DNA of 64,000 nucleotides from Patescibacteria group bacterium (GTDB lineage: Bacteria > Patescibacteriota > CPR2 > UBA1875). This document shows positions 51,708-61,850 of this stretch, one piece after another. The translations under genes and the position numbers were made by a program. The notes beneath the pieces are model-generated. The model had not been told where the DNA came from, made no database searches, and saw nothing but the letters and a program-made list of their open reading frames with translations. Positions within the stretch are counted from its first letter, which is position 1. The number at the start of each line of letters is the position of its first letter. Location: contig JBGSRK010000010.1 in the NCBI GenBank assembly GCA_041737595.1, positions 126,244 to 190,243 on the forward strand. Direction: 5' to 3'.

Positions 51708-52103
51708 TTATATATGTTTAGTTCTTATGCTTACATTATAATGTTCTTTTGTCACTCTTTTGTCAAGCGAACGGATTCTCGAAACAACCATTTTATCAAG
51801 TAATGAAAGTCGATTTTCTGTTTGTTTATACGAATAATAACTTATTGAATTACCACTATATAAAAGATCGAGATAATATCTTGCTTCAAAAATTGAATTT
51901 CTTACATCTGAAAAATATCTCATTTTATCTTCATCAAAATCTCTTGCTTGTCCTTCAAAAACTGCAACAGGAATTTTAGATACAATTTGACGTAAAGAAA
52001 TAGCCGCACTTTTGTTTTTTTTAGCTCTTCCTGAGACTCTAAAAACTATCATTACAAGTTCGTGTGCTTTTTTCTTTAATTGTTGTTCTATATATTCTCT
52101 CAT
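51708..52103 (-). CDS. Four-helix-bundle protein (23S rRNA IVS protein/Avd-like family)
   Basis: KAHELV..VF.., LRQ..SKIPVAVFEG..R....MRYF...RNSIFEARYYL. Confidence 0.7.
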   Translation of the reverse strand: MREYIEQQLKKKAHELVMIVFRVSGRAKKNKSAAISLRQIVSKIPVAVFEGQARDFDEDKMRYFSDVRNSIFEARYYLDLLYSGNSISYYSYKQTENRLSLLDKMVVSRIRSLDKRVTKEHYNVSIRTKHI

Positions 52104-52124
52104 TTTAATTCCTAATTTATTAAT

Positions 52125-52751
52125 TTAACTAAAATTCTTTATTACCCCGATTACCTTACCTTGGATCATAAATGTGCCAAGTTTAGGGATGATTGATTTA
52201 TGTTCTTTATTTGATGATACTGGTTCAAATATTACTTTATTTTTATCAAGTCTTAATCTTTTTACTGTTGCTTCTGTCCCGATTAAAACAACCACTTTAT
52301 CTCCTGGCAATCCTGAACTTTGTTTTCTAAAAACGATATAATCTCCATTATCAATCCCAGCCATATTCATTGAGTCTCCTTTTGCCCGTAACATAAATAC
52401 GTCTTGAGTTTGTCCAACTAGTTTAGTTGAAATTGGGATCCATTCTTCAATCATTTCTTCTGCCCAAATTGGCATCCCACAGGCAACATTCCCAACAAGC
52501 GGGACTTGAACCATTTCGTCTGGCGCCTTACCTGTTTCATTAGAAACAACAATGATACCACGAGCTTTTCCTTCGATTTTTTTAATGAAACCTTTTGCCT
52601 CCAGAGAGCGTAAATGGGCAACAACTCCCATTGGTGCAGCACAACCTATTTTAAGTTGCAGTTCTCGTACGGTAGGTGCCTGACCAGTTAAATTAATTGA
52701 TTCTTTAATCCAGCCAAGGACTTTTTTCTGTTTTTCTGTTAATTGTTTCAT
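52125..52751 (-). CDS. lexA: SOS repressor LexA
   Basis: LTEKQ..VL, PTVREL, HL..LEAKGFI, GNVACGMP (cleavage site C-G), GDSM (Ser), ATVKRL (Lys); GGGGAG RBS. Confidence 0.95.
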   Translation of the reverse strand: MKQLTEKQKKVLGWIKESINLTGQAPTVRELQLKIGCAAPMGVVAHLRSLEAKGFIKKIEGKARGIIVVSNETGKAPDEMVQVPLVGNVACGMPIWAEEMIEEWIPISTKLVGQTQDVFMLRAKGDSMNMAGIDNGDYIVFRKQSSGLPGDKVVVLIGTEATVKRLRLDKNKVIFEPVSSNKEHKSIIPKLGTFMIQGKVIGVIKNFS

Positions 52752-52791
52752 ATAAGCACTCCCCTTGTATACCACTATTGTACACTATAAC

Positions 52792-52800
52792 TTATCCACA
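52792..52800 (+). promoter_or_regulatory. Perfect DnaA box upstream of lexA
   Basis: TTATCCACA. Confidence 0.5.
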
Positions 52801-52825
52801 GGTCAAGAATATTATAAATATATAA

Positions 52826-52871
52826 ATATAGTATACATAAAGCTAAATAGCAAATATTATGTATACTATAT
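52826..52871. promoter_or_regulatory. 15-bp inverted repeat upstream of lexA (candidate operator, or yajQ terminator)
   Basis: ATATAGTATACATAA-N16-TTATGTATACTATAT. Confidence 0.55.
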
Positions 52872-52893
52872 ATAAAAGAGACTATTTTATATA

Positions 52894-53397
52894 TTATCTA
52901 TAATTATTAAATTGAAGTGGGACTGTAATATCCTCTCGAGTTCTTAGAAGTTGCATTACTCCCTGAAGTTCATCTCTTGATGTTGAGGAGACTCGTATTG
53001 TATCACCCTGGATATTTGCTTTCACTTTTGGGTATACTTCACGAATAATTTTAGTAATTGATTTTGCTTTTTCGGAATCAAGCCCTTTTTTAAATGGAAC
53101 CTTTTTTCTTACTCTCCCACCTGATGCTTCTTCATTTGTTACTGATTTATCAAGAATTTTGAGTGAAAGATCTCTTTTCACCATTTTTGATTCTAAAATA
53201 TCTATAAGGGCGGTTAATTTATAATCAGAATCTACATTTATAATAAGACCAGATTTATTTTCATCAAAGTCAATTTGTGGGTTAGTCCCCTTAAAATCAT
53301 ATCTATTCTCGGCTTCTCTTTTTGTTTGGTCTACAGCGTTATTCATTTCCTGAATGTCAAATTCAGATACGATATCAAACGTTGATTCTTTACTCAT
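52894..53397 (-). CDS. yajQ: YajQ family c-di-GMP/nucleotide-binding protein
   Basis: TFDIVSE, NAVDQ, RYDFKG, IQGDTIRV..SRDELQ, PLQFNNYR. Confidence 0.95.
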   Translation of the reverse strand: MSKESTFDIVSEFDIQEMNNAVDQTKREAENRYDFKGTNPQIDFDENKSGLIINVDSDYKLTALIDILESKMVKRDLSLKILDKSVTNEEASGGRVRKKVPFKKGLDSEKAKSITKIIREVYPKVKANIQGDTIRVSSTSRDELQGVMQLLRTREDITVPLQFNNYR

Positions 53398-53405
53398 AAA
53401 ACCTC

Positions 53406-54383
53406 CTAAATTGAATTTTTATTATATTCTTTGTTATTTATTTTTTCACCAGGTCTACCAAGAACACCAAGATCATTTCCGTTTAAATTAACCCGAACAC
53501 TTCCACCATCAGATGCTGTAATTACGATCTTTTCTTTTGCTCTTACAGTTTGGACTGAACCTGGAAGCATAACAGCATTTTTTTCAGAAAGAGGCTTCCC
53601 ATCCACCTCAATATAAAAGGAAACTGAGTTTGGTCCAATATCAAATTTTGCAACCAAATCTTGGTCTTGTCCATTATTATTTATAATTATTGCTTGTGGT
53701 TTTGAAAGAACCGTAATTGATTTATCGGTTTGTTTCCCAAGCTTGTTTTTACTTGTTATATTTATTAAATTAACACCTTCTTGTAAACTTACTTTTTCTT
53801 TAAATTTACCATCCGGTGTTGCACTAATTTGAATATTGTTTATAAATACATCCGAGCCACTATCAGTAAAGCCATCGACAATTATCGAGTCCTCTTCAAC
53901 TTTTGTATTATCAGCAGGACTTGTTATTGTAATTTTTGGTGGCGCTGCGAGGATACTTATTTGCCAACTTATATAAAAAACTATTAATAAAGCAGAGAAT
54001 ATTGCTGAACCGATAGCTAATTTTTTTGGTGTTATAAGCACCTTTTGAGGTTTAAATTTAGTTTTTTTTGGTTCATTCTTCTCTGGGGTTGTAGCTTTTT
54101 TTATATTTTCAGAAAGACCTCTTTCTCTTAAATATAAATTAACCACTTTTACGGGGTCTAGTTTCAGAAATATCGCATAATTTTTTAAAAATCCTTTTAC
54201 ATAAACATCTGGTGGTAGTTTTGAAAAATCACCACTTTCCAATGCTTCAATATGTTTTGCTCTAATTCTTGTGGCTCTTTCTGTTTCTTTTATATCATAA
54301 CCCAAAGAAAATCGCTTTTTAGCGAGTTTTTCACCGAGTGCTTCACGCTCGGGGATTGTTTTTCTAGTAAATTTTGGGGTCAT
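53406..54383 (-). CDS. rodZ: RodZ-like protein (HTH, TM, Ig-like, DUF4115)
   Basis: LGEKL..KR, TRIR...IEALE.GD..LP..VYVKGFLKNYA..L.LD; C-terminal VNLNG..LG..G. Confidence 0.85.
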   Translation of the reverse strand: MTPKFTRKTIPEREALGEKLAKKRFSLGYDIKETERATRIRAKHIEALESGDFSKLPPDVYVKGFLKNYAIFLKLDPVKVVNLYLRERGLSENIKKATTPEKNEPKKTKFKPQKVLITPKKLAIGSAIFSALLIVFYISWQISILAAPPKITITSPADNTKVEEDSIIVDGFTDSGSDVFINNIQISATPDGKFKEKVSLQEGVNLINITSKNKLGKQTDKSITVLSKPQAIIINNNGQDQDLVAKFDIGPNSVSFYIEVDGKPLSEKNAVMLPGSVQTVRAKEKIVITASDGGSVRVNLNGNDLGVLGRPGEKINNKEYNKNSI

Positions 54384-54463
54384 GGGGGGTTGGTTAATTA
54401 TTTAAATAAAATTTTTACTTCTTGATTTTAGAATTAAATCGTAATAAAAAATAAAAATTTTAT

Positions 54464-56569
54464 TTAAATTTCTTCATCTTGTTCTTCAACTTCTTCTAAA
54501 ACCTCAGAAATATCTGAAACTAGTACATCTCTTGGTCTTGCTCCATCGGCAGGGCCGATTATATCACGTTCTTCTAGTAGGTCCAAGAGTCTTGCTGCCC
54601 TCGCGTAACCTATCCTAAGACGTCTTTGCAGAAGAGATGCAGAGGCCTTACCTGCTGCGATTACACAATCTGCAGCATCAATAAACAAGTCATCATCTGG
54701 CGCACTAAGATCACCTAAAGACCCACGAACTGGCTGTTTTAATATTTCTTCATTATACTCTGGTTCTCCCTGAGATTTTATAAAGCTAGCGATACTATTA
54801 ATCTCTTTTTCTCCAACCATCGCACCCTGAATACGTTTTGGTTTTGGAGTTTCAGCTGAAACAAACAGCATATCACCCATTCCTAGTAATTTTTCTGCTC
54901 CAGATTGATCAAGAATTGTTCTTGAATCAATTTGCGAAGCAACAGAAAAAGCAACTCTAGTTGTGACATTTGCTTTAATTAACCCTGTAATAACATCAAC
55001 AGAAGGTCTTTGAGTTGCAAGAATAAGATGGATCCCAATTGCACGAGCGAGTTGAGCAAGTCTAACAATATAGCCTTCAACCTCTTTCGCTGAGATTGCC
55101 ATAAGTTGAGCAAGTTCATCAATCACAATTACGATATAAGGCATACCTTCTTTCCCTTTTGAAGAATTATATTCTTCAATATTTCTTTTTCCGGCTGATT
55201 GCAAAATTTTATATCGATTTTCCATTTCTGCAACTGCCCATTTTAATGCAGAAATAGTTTTATCTGGTTCAACTATGACCGGTGAAAGAAGATGAGGAAT
55301 GCCATTATATGGAGAAAGTTCCACTCTTTTTGGATCAACTAAAATCATTTTTAATTGCTGAGGCGTGTTTTGATATAAAAGAGATAAAATAACAGTATTA
55401 ATACAAACAGATTTACCAGAGCCGGTTGCTCCTGCGATTAATAAATGAGGCATTTTTGTAATATCTGCAATTTGTGGATGTCCCGCGACATCAAGTCCTA
55501 AAACAACAGAAAGATTAGAACGCCTGGATTTCCATGTTTCGGTTTCTAGAATTGATCGGAGTCTAACAATCGCACTCGATTTATTTGGGATTTCTATCCC
55601 GACCAATGATTTACCAGGGATAGGAGCTTCTATTCTGATTGGATGAGCAGCAAGCGCAAGCGAAAGATCGCGGTCAAGTGTTGTTATTTTGTTTAATTTA
55701 ATTCCATCTTCTGGCTTAAGAGTATACTGAGTAACAGTTGGGCCAACATTAACATCACCCATAGAAGAATTAATATTAAAGTTTGCTAGTGTTTTTTGTA
55801 TTATTCCCGCGTTGGTTTGTATATTACCGGCATCCGGTCTTGTGCTTGTAGATTCCAATAAATCAAGAGGTGGGAATTTCCAGCCAGTTGCATCTCCAAC
55901 TGTCATTGGTTCATATTTTTCTTCTTTTTGAGGTTTTTTCGCCTCAGTTAATGTAGCTTTTCCGCCAGTTGGTTCATTAATTTTAACGTTTTGTTTTGGT
56001 TTTAATTCTTCATCTTCGTTTTTGAATGAATTAATTAAATCTCTAATTGAAGTATTTGATGCTATAAGAAAAAAAACAATTGATGATGCTATAAGAACAA
56101 AAAATGATAATGGAGCATTAAAAATATTTAGCATCACCATTTGAATATAATAACCCACAATACCACCACCACTCCCCAGCTCCGCTCTTTCTAATGCCTC
56201 ACTTGGATCAACAAATATTTGAAACATCCCAGCAAAAGAAGCTACGAACCCCAAAAGTCCAATATATGTATAAATTGAAAGTGTTAATTTTTCGGGGAAG
56301 AAAAGCGCCACAGAAAAAACCGCGATAACAATTGGTAAAATAAATATAGTCCACCCAACCAACCCTTTTAAAATTTCATTTAAATATATTCCAATACTCC
56401 CGGCCCAACCAAACAATGAAAGGAATAAAATCACTGCAATTACAAATAATATAACCCCTGTAGCTTCACGAATTACTTTAGAACTAAAGTCAGGCTTAAA
56501 AATGCCGGATTGTCCACCGCCTTTATTTTTAGAGCCTCTTGGTCTGCCTGGTTTTCTATGATTTGCCAT
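54464..56569 (-). CDS. ftsK: DNA translocase FtsK/SpoIIIE
   Basis: 4 TM helices, GPTVTQY, RIEAPIPGK, PHLLIAGATGSGKS, IDELA, ATQRPSVDVITG, SLLQRRLRIGYARAAR. Confidence 0.98.
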   Translation of the reverse strand: MANHRKPGRPRGSKNKGGGQSGIFKPDFSSKVIREATGVILFVIAVILFLSLFGWAGSIGIYLNEILKGLVGWTIFILPIVIAVFSVALFFPEKLTLSIYTYIGLLGFVASFAGMFQIFVDPSEALERAELGSGGGIVGYYIQMVMLNIFNAPLSFFVLIASSIVFFLIASNTSIRDLINSFKNEDEELKPKQNVKINEPTGGKATLTEAKKPQKEEKYEPMTVGDATGWKFPPLDLLESTSTRPDAGNIQTNAGIIQKTLANFNINSSMGDVNVGPTVTQYTLKPEDGIKLNKITTLDRDLSLALAAHPIRIEAPIPGKSLVGIEIPNKSSAIVRLRSILETETWKSRRSNLSVVLGLDVAGHPQIADITKMPHLLIAGATGSGKSVCINTVILSLLYQNTPQQLKMILVDPKRVELSPYNGIPHLLSPVIVEPDKTISALKWAVAEMENRYKILQSAGKRNIEEYNSSKGKEGMPYIVIVIDELAQLMAISAKEVEGYIVRLAQLARAIGIHLILATQRPSVDVITGLIKANVTTRVAFSVASQIDSRTILDQSGAEKLLGMGDMLFVSAETPKPKRIQGAMVGEKEINSIASFIKSQGEPEYNEEILKQPVRGSLGDLSAPDDDLFIDAADCVIAAGKASASLLQRRLRIGYARAARLLDLLEERDIIGPADGARPRDVLVSDISEVLEEVEEQDEEI

Positions 56570-56618
56570 TTCGTATTCTATTTTAACAGAACTAATATAA
56601 ATTTAATATTATCGTTTT

Positions 56619-59369
56619 TCATTTAGTGCTGCCCCAATTTTTACCCCAACCTATTGAAGTTTCAATAGGAACATTTAGTTTAGCGACATTATCCATTTTA
56701 TTTCTCACAAAATCAGAAACAATATTTGCGTCTTTTTCTGGGACTTCGAATACAAGTTCATCATGCACCTGAAGAATCATTCTTGTTTTTGGACTAATTT
56801 TTGCTAATTCATTTATAATATCTACCATAGCAAGTTTCATTAAATCAGCTGCTGTCCCTTGAATGGGCATATTTATTGCCATTCTTTCTGCTGAACCTCG
56901 AACTGCAAAATTTGATGATTTAATTTCTGGTAAATATCTTCTTCTCCCAAAAATCGTTTCAACATAGCCAAGCTCTTTTGCTTGTAAAATCATTTTATTG
57001 GAATATTCTTTAATTTCGGGGTGTAGATTAAAATATTTTTCGATTAAATCCTTACCTTCTGTATAACTAACACCAGTTTGTTGTTTTAAACCATGTGCAG
57101 AAACACCATAAATAATGCCAAAATTGATAACTTTTGCAATGCGTCGCATATTTTTAGTAACTTTTTTTTCAGAAACATTAAAAACTTTGGCGGCAGTTTC
57201 TGAATGAATATCTCTACCCTCATTAAAAATTTTTATCATTTCATTATCATTTGCTATATGAGCAACAACCCTAAGTTCAATTTGCGAGTAATCTGCAGAA
57301 AGAAGAACAAACCCCTTTGGTGCAACAAATGACTCTCTAATTTTTTTGCCAGTATCTGTTCTAATTGGTATGTTTTGGAGATTTGGGGTTGATGATGAGA
57401 GGCGCCCCGTTTGTGTTATTGCTTGGTTGAAACTCGTGTGAATTCGCCCTGTTTTTATATTAATTATTTTTGGAAGAGCATCTATATATGTATTTTTTAA
57501 TTTAGTTAACTCTCTATATTCAAAAATATAATTAATAATCGGATGGGTATTTTTTAGCTTTTCTAATTCTTGTGCCGATGTAGAGTAACCCCCACTTTTA
57601 AGTTTCTTTAAATCCTTAGGGTCATCAATTTTTTCAGCTAATTTTAGCTTTTCAAATAATAATTTTTGAAGTTGTAGCGGTGAAGAAATATTTATATCAT
57701 CATTTGCATATTTTTTGATATTTTCTTCTAATTCAATAATTTTTTTATTAGTTTCTTTTGAAATTTTCGCCAATTTATTAATATCAAGAAGGACGCCTGC
57801 GATTTCCATTTCGCCTAAAATTGAAATTAGTGGGGATTCTATTTTTTCAGAAAGAGATAATAAATCTGTTTTACTTAAATCACTTAATAAGTGCTTATAT
57901 AGACGATAAGTAATGTCAGCATCTTCACAAGCATATACTTTTGCTTTTTCTACATCTGTAAAATTAAAGGTTATTTGATCTTTACCTTTCCCAATCAATT
58001 CTTCTATTTTTATCATCTCAAGACCGAGTTCTGTGAATGCTAATTCGTCTAATCTTTGAGCTCTAGCATTTGGGTTTATTAGATAAGCTGCAACCATCGT
58101 GTCGAAAGACAGTGGTTTTATTGTGATTTTTTCATTTTTCATTACGACATAATCATATTTAATATTATGCCCGACCTTTGCTATTTTTTCATTTTCAAGA
58201 ATTGGTTTAATCATTTTTATGGCATTTTTTTTATCTAAATTTTTACCATTTTTATGGCTTATCGGGACATAATAGGCTTCACCTTCTGAAAAAGAAAATG
58301 ACATCCCTACGAGATTTGCTTCAATTTCATTAATTGAATCTGTTTCTGTATCAAAGGCAAATACTTTTTGTTTATTTAATTTTTTACACAGTGCTTCAAA
58401 ATCTTTTTCTGTATTTATTAATTTATATTTTGCCGTATTAATATGTTCACTAGTTTCTTTCTTTGTCTTTTCTTCTTGTTTGCCAAATACTTTCACTATT
58501 TCTGGGGTGCCTGGTATTTTAGATAGAAGTGATTTAAAGCCAAGCTCTTGAAAAAGTGAAAATACTTTTGTGCGATCAAATTCATGAACAACACATTTTT
58601 TTAAATCTATATTAATTGGAAGTGAAGTTTCTATTTTAGAAAGTTTTTGTGAAAGATAGGCTATTTCTTTATTATTTTTTAATTTTTCAGAAATAGCAGG
58701 CTTAATTTTATCTAAATTCTTATAAACATTACCAAGTGATCCATACGCAGAAATAAGATCTGTTGCTGTTTTTTCGCCAATTCCTGCTACTCCCGGGATG
58801 TTATCAGAGGGGTCGCCCCTAAGAGCTTTATAATCTACAAATTCAGATGGGGTTAATTTATATCTTTCTTTAACTTTTTCTTCATCGTAAATAACTATAT
58901 CTGAAAATCCGCGCTTCATTGTGTACACTTTAGTTTTTTCGTCTACCAATTGAAGTTCATCCATATCGCCAGTAACAATATAGCTTTCAATATCATCCCC
59001 AATATTTGTGACAATCGAACCGATAATATCATCTGCTTCATAACCAATCATCTCAAAAAGTGGAATATTAAATGTTTTAACGACATCACGTACTCTTACA
59101 ATTTGAGAAATTAGATCGTCAGGGGCTTTTAGGCGGTTTGCTTTATATTCTGCATAATCGTCGTGCCGTTTGGTTTTTCCCGGGAGATCAAAGGCACAAA
59201 CAACATAATCAGGTTTTAAATCTCGTAAAACTGAAAGTAATATTGTCGTAAACCCATATACTGCATTTACTATTTCGCCTGTCTTGGTTGTGAGTGGAGG
59301 GATTGCGTGATAGGCCCGATGAATTAGGGCGTGTGAATCAATAACTACTAGTTTTTTTCTTTTTGCCAT
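56619..59369 (-). CDS. polA: DNA polymerase I
   Basis: HRAYHA, EADD, GDPSDNIPGV, FDTET, TGRLSS, ADYSQIELR, NFGIIYG, QVHDEL. Confidence 0.99.
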   Translation of the reverse strand: MAKRKKLVVIDSHALIHRAYHAIPPLTTKTGEIVNAVYGFTTILLSVLRDLKPDYVVCAFDLPGKTKRHDDYAEYKANRLKAPDDLISQIVRVRDVVKTFNIPLFEMIGYEADDIIGSIVTNIGDDIESYIVTGDMDELQLVDEKTKVYTMKRGFSDIVIYDEEKVKERYKLTPSEFVDYKALRGDPSDNIPGVAGIGEKTATDLISAYGSLGNVYKNLDKIKPAISEKLKNNKEIAYLSQKLSKIETSLPINIDLKKCVVHEFDRTKVFSLFQELGFKSLLSKIPGTPEIVKVFGKQEEKTKKETSEHINTAKYKLINTEKDFEALCKKLNKQKVFAFDTETDSINEIEANLVGMSFSFSEGEAYYVPISHKNGKNLDKKNAIKMIKPILENEKIAKVGHNIKYDYVVMKNEKITIKPLSFDTMVAAYLINPNARAQRLDELAFTELGLEMIKIEELIGKGKDQITFNFTDVEKAKVYACEDADITYRLYKHLLSDLSKTDLLSLSEKIESPLISILGEMEIAGVLLDINKLAKISKETNKKIIELEENIKKYANDDINISSPLQLQKLLFEKLKLAEKIDDPKDLKKLKSGGYSTSAQELEKLKNTHPIINYIFEYRELTKLKNTYIDALPKIINIKTGRIHTSFNQAITQTGRLSSSTPNLQNIPIRTDTGKKIRESFVAPKGFVLLSADYSQIELRVVAHIANDNEMIKIFNEGRDIHSETAAKVFNVSEKKVTKNMRRIAKVINFGIIYGVSAHGLKQQTGVSYTEGKDLIEKYFNLHPEIKEYSNKMILQAKELGYVETIFGRRRYLPEIKSSNFAVRGSAERMAINMPIQGTAADLMKLAMVDIINELAKISPKTRMILQVHDELVFEVPEKDANIVSDFVRNKMDNVAKLNVPIETSIGWGKNWGSTK

Positions 59370-59577
59370 ATATCTATTTTAGCATGCAGAGACATCAATC
59401 TGAACTTGATTTGTTACTAATATTTATATTTATATTTTAATTTTGTGTTTAGATTGTAAACACACAAACAACAGTAGACAGAATCATTTTAATTAGAAAT
59501 AAGTACTTAAATATCTGGAATATTTTCTTAGCATAAAAAGACGCTTAGGTTTAATCAACTATCTGCCTTTATTACAA

Positions 59578-60459
59578 TTACAGTAGTGCTAACAACACTA
59601 CGCCGAGTAATATAATCGCAATACCTATAAGTTGAGCTTTTTGTAGCTTTTCTTTTAAAAATATTCTGGCTAATATCAAGGTTGGGATGGAGAATGTAGC
59701 GGCTAATACTGTAATAATACTGACATAGGAAGTGACCCCATAGCCCCAAGTTAATGCAACATACGCAACTGCATCCAAAATACCAACAACAACTAACCAT
59801 CTAAAAACTGTTTTATCTCTAACGATGATTACCTTTTTTGAAACCTTTAGTCCAATTAGTAACATCAATGACATAATTACCCTTAATATAATCACCAGGA
59901 CTAACCAGTTTTGTCCTCCAACTAATTTGTCCCAAAAAGGGAACCAGACCGAAAACAGGGCAACTCCCATTAGTGCCTCTGGGACTCCTTTAGCAAAATC
60001 TTCTTTTTTAAAACCACTCTTCTTTAATTCAGCAAAGTCCGTTGATGCTAAAATAATTCCTGCGATAATTAAGAATAACAAAAGACCAGTTTGTAGAGAA
60101 AGACTTTCTCCTAAAAAAATTGCGGCAATAATTACAGAAAAGGCAGAATAGGAGGCCACTATTGGTCCAATAATACTAACCTTCCCCTTTTCAAGGGCCT
60201 TATAGAATAACCAATATCCAACTGCGTCAATTAGCGCCAGAACAAAAACCCACATCAATAGATACCAGGTTATTCCAGAAAAATCTCTTTTAATTAAGAA
60301 TAAGAGGGTTAAGGGCACAATGCCTATTAGTTGCATCCAAAAAAGTGAGACTAAATCCCCAACCTTATCCACTGACTTCTTGGCAAAGAAGTCCGAGGTT
60401 CCCCAGCCAATCATTGCGATTAACCCAGCCGTTATTGCGATAATTAATCCATTTTGCAT
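59578..60459 (-). CDS. DMT/EamA family transporter
   Basis: About 10 TM helices in two EamA halves (WG..DF.AK, FYKALEKG..S, FLGE / FLKEK). Confidence 0.9.
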   Translation of the reverse strand: MQNGLIIAITAGLIAMIGWGTSDFFAKKSVDKVGDLVSLFWMQLIGIVPLTLLFLIKRDFSGITWYLLMWVFVLALIDAVGYWLFYKALEKGKVSIIGPIVASYSAFSVIIAAIFLGESLSLQTGLLLFLIIAGIILASTDFAELKKSGFKKEDFAKGVPEALMGVALFSVWFPFWDKLVGGQNWLVLVIILRVIMSLMLLIGLKVSKKVIIVRDKTVFRWLVVVGILDAVAYVALTWGYGVTSYVSIITVLAATFSIPTLILARIFLKEKLQKAQLIGIAIILLGVVLLALL

Positions 60460-60571
60460 ATTTAAATAATAACAGTTTAGTTTTAATAGTTCTAGTTTCT
60501 CTACTGGGCCATTTAATTTATTAATAAGTCAATTTTTATTTGAATTATTAAAAACTGAAAAATGTTTATAA

Positions 60572-60603
60572 ACAAAAAGAGTCGGTTGCCCAACTCCTTT
60601 TGT
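60572..60603 (-). terminator. Intrinsic terminator after rpoD
   Basis: Minus strand GAGTTGG-GCAA-CCGACTC-TTTTT. Confidence 0.75.
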
Positions 60604-60675
60604 ACCCGTGACATCCGTAGATATCACGCCCCCTTACATATACTTTAAATTGTTTTTATTTTCTTTGCAATAATT

Positions 60676-61767
60676 TTATAACAAATAATCTTTTAATTTT
60701 TTAGAATCCCTATGTTTTTTTAATTTTGCGAGGGCTTTTGCCTCAATTTGACGGATACGTTCTCGCGTTACCCCAAATTCTTGGCCTGTTTCTTCGAGTG
60801 TATGAGCTTTCCCATCATCTAGTCCAAATCTCATTCTAAGAATTTTTTGTTCACGTGGGGTTAAAAGACATAAAACTTCTTTAATATGTTCTTTTAAGAG
60901 TTCATAAGTAGCTGCTTCAACTGGTGTTACAGAATCTTGGTCTTCTATAAAGTCGGCAAGGACAGAATCTTCCTCTTCACCAACAGGAGACTCAAGTGGG
61001 ATAGTGTCTTGTTTAATTTTCATAATATAGTTAACTTTATCCACATCCATTTCCATTTCAGCGGCAATTTCTTCTGCAAGTGGTTCGCGGCCAAGTTCCA
61101 TCACAAGTTGTCTTTCAGTTCTTATCATTTTATTAATTGTTTCTACCATATGAACTGGAATACGGATTGTTCTTGATTGATCTGCAATAGCCCGGGTTAT
61201 TGCTTGTCTAATCCACCAGGTAGCATAGGTAGAGAATTTATAGCCTTTCCGCCAGTCGTATTTCTCCACAGCCCGGATGAGTCCCTGATTCCCTTCCTGA
61301 ATAAGGTCCAGGAGGCTCATGCCCCGGCCGATGTATTTTTTCGCTATCGATACGACCAACCGGAGGTTGGATTCCGTCAACTTTCTCTTGGCTTTTTTGT
61401 CGCCTTTTTCGTAGCGTTTGGCAAGATATATTTCATCTTCAAATTTGAGAAGGGGAACCCGTCCGATTTCCTTGAGGTACATGCGGACCGGATCCGATAC
61501 CGGCTCAACCCCGGACCGGGCAAGGGATTCAATCTCCTTTTCCAGTTCTTCTATGCTTTTTCCTGCTTCTTTTTCCGCTTCCTGACTGGTGGTCTCAAAC
61601 ACATCGATACCGCCCCGGATGAGTTTATCGTACAGTTTATCCAAATCTTTGATGTGGTCTTCCGGCTTGGGGTATAAAGCGAGGATATCTTCCTGGGTAA
61701 TGAATCCGTTTTCTTTCCCTTCGGATACAAGTTCTTCAGCACTGGTAATACTGCGTGTTTTTGCCAT
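60676..61767 (-). CDS. rpoD: RNA polymerase primary sigma factor RpoD
   Basis: [63 protein letters not shown]. Confidence 0.98.
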   Translation of the reverse strand: MAKTRSITSAEELVSEGKENGFITQEDILALYPKPEDHIKDLDKLYDKLIRGGIDVFETTSQEAEKEAGKSIEELEKEIESLARSGVEPVSDPVRMYLKEIGRVPLLKFEDEIYLAKRYEKGDKKAKRKLTESNLRLVVSIAKKYIGRGMSLLDLIQEGNQGLIRAVEKYDWRKGYKFSTYATWWIRQAITRAIADQSRTIRIPVHMVETINKMIRTERQLVMELGREPLAEEIAAEMEMDVDKVNYIMKIKQDTIPLESPVGEEEDSVLADFIEDQDSVTPVEAATYELLKEHIKEVLCLLTPREQKILRMRFGLDDGKAHTLEETGQEFGVTRERIRQIEAKALAKLKKHRDSKKLKDYLL

Positions 61768-61850
61768 ATGGTTTTCCGTAAGCCCTCGTTTATCCGTCTG
61801 TTGGCGGATAAACCAGACAGCTTCGCTTTACCTTTTCATGGGAGAGTATA

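Noticed and set aside
59444-59464. TGTGTTTA-N5-TAAACACA inverted repeat upstream of polA
   Set aside because: A single 8-bp-arm AT-rich palindrome with no second copy seen; cannot be told apart from chance or a weak terminator.
60607-60628. Guanidine-II riboswitch upstream of the DMT transporter
   Set aside because: That riboswitch needs two ACGR-loop hairpins; here the loops are UACG and GCAA.
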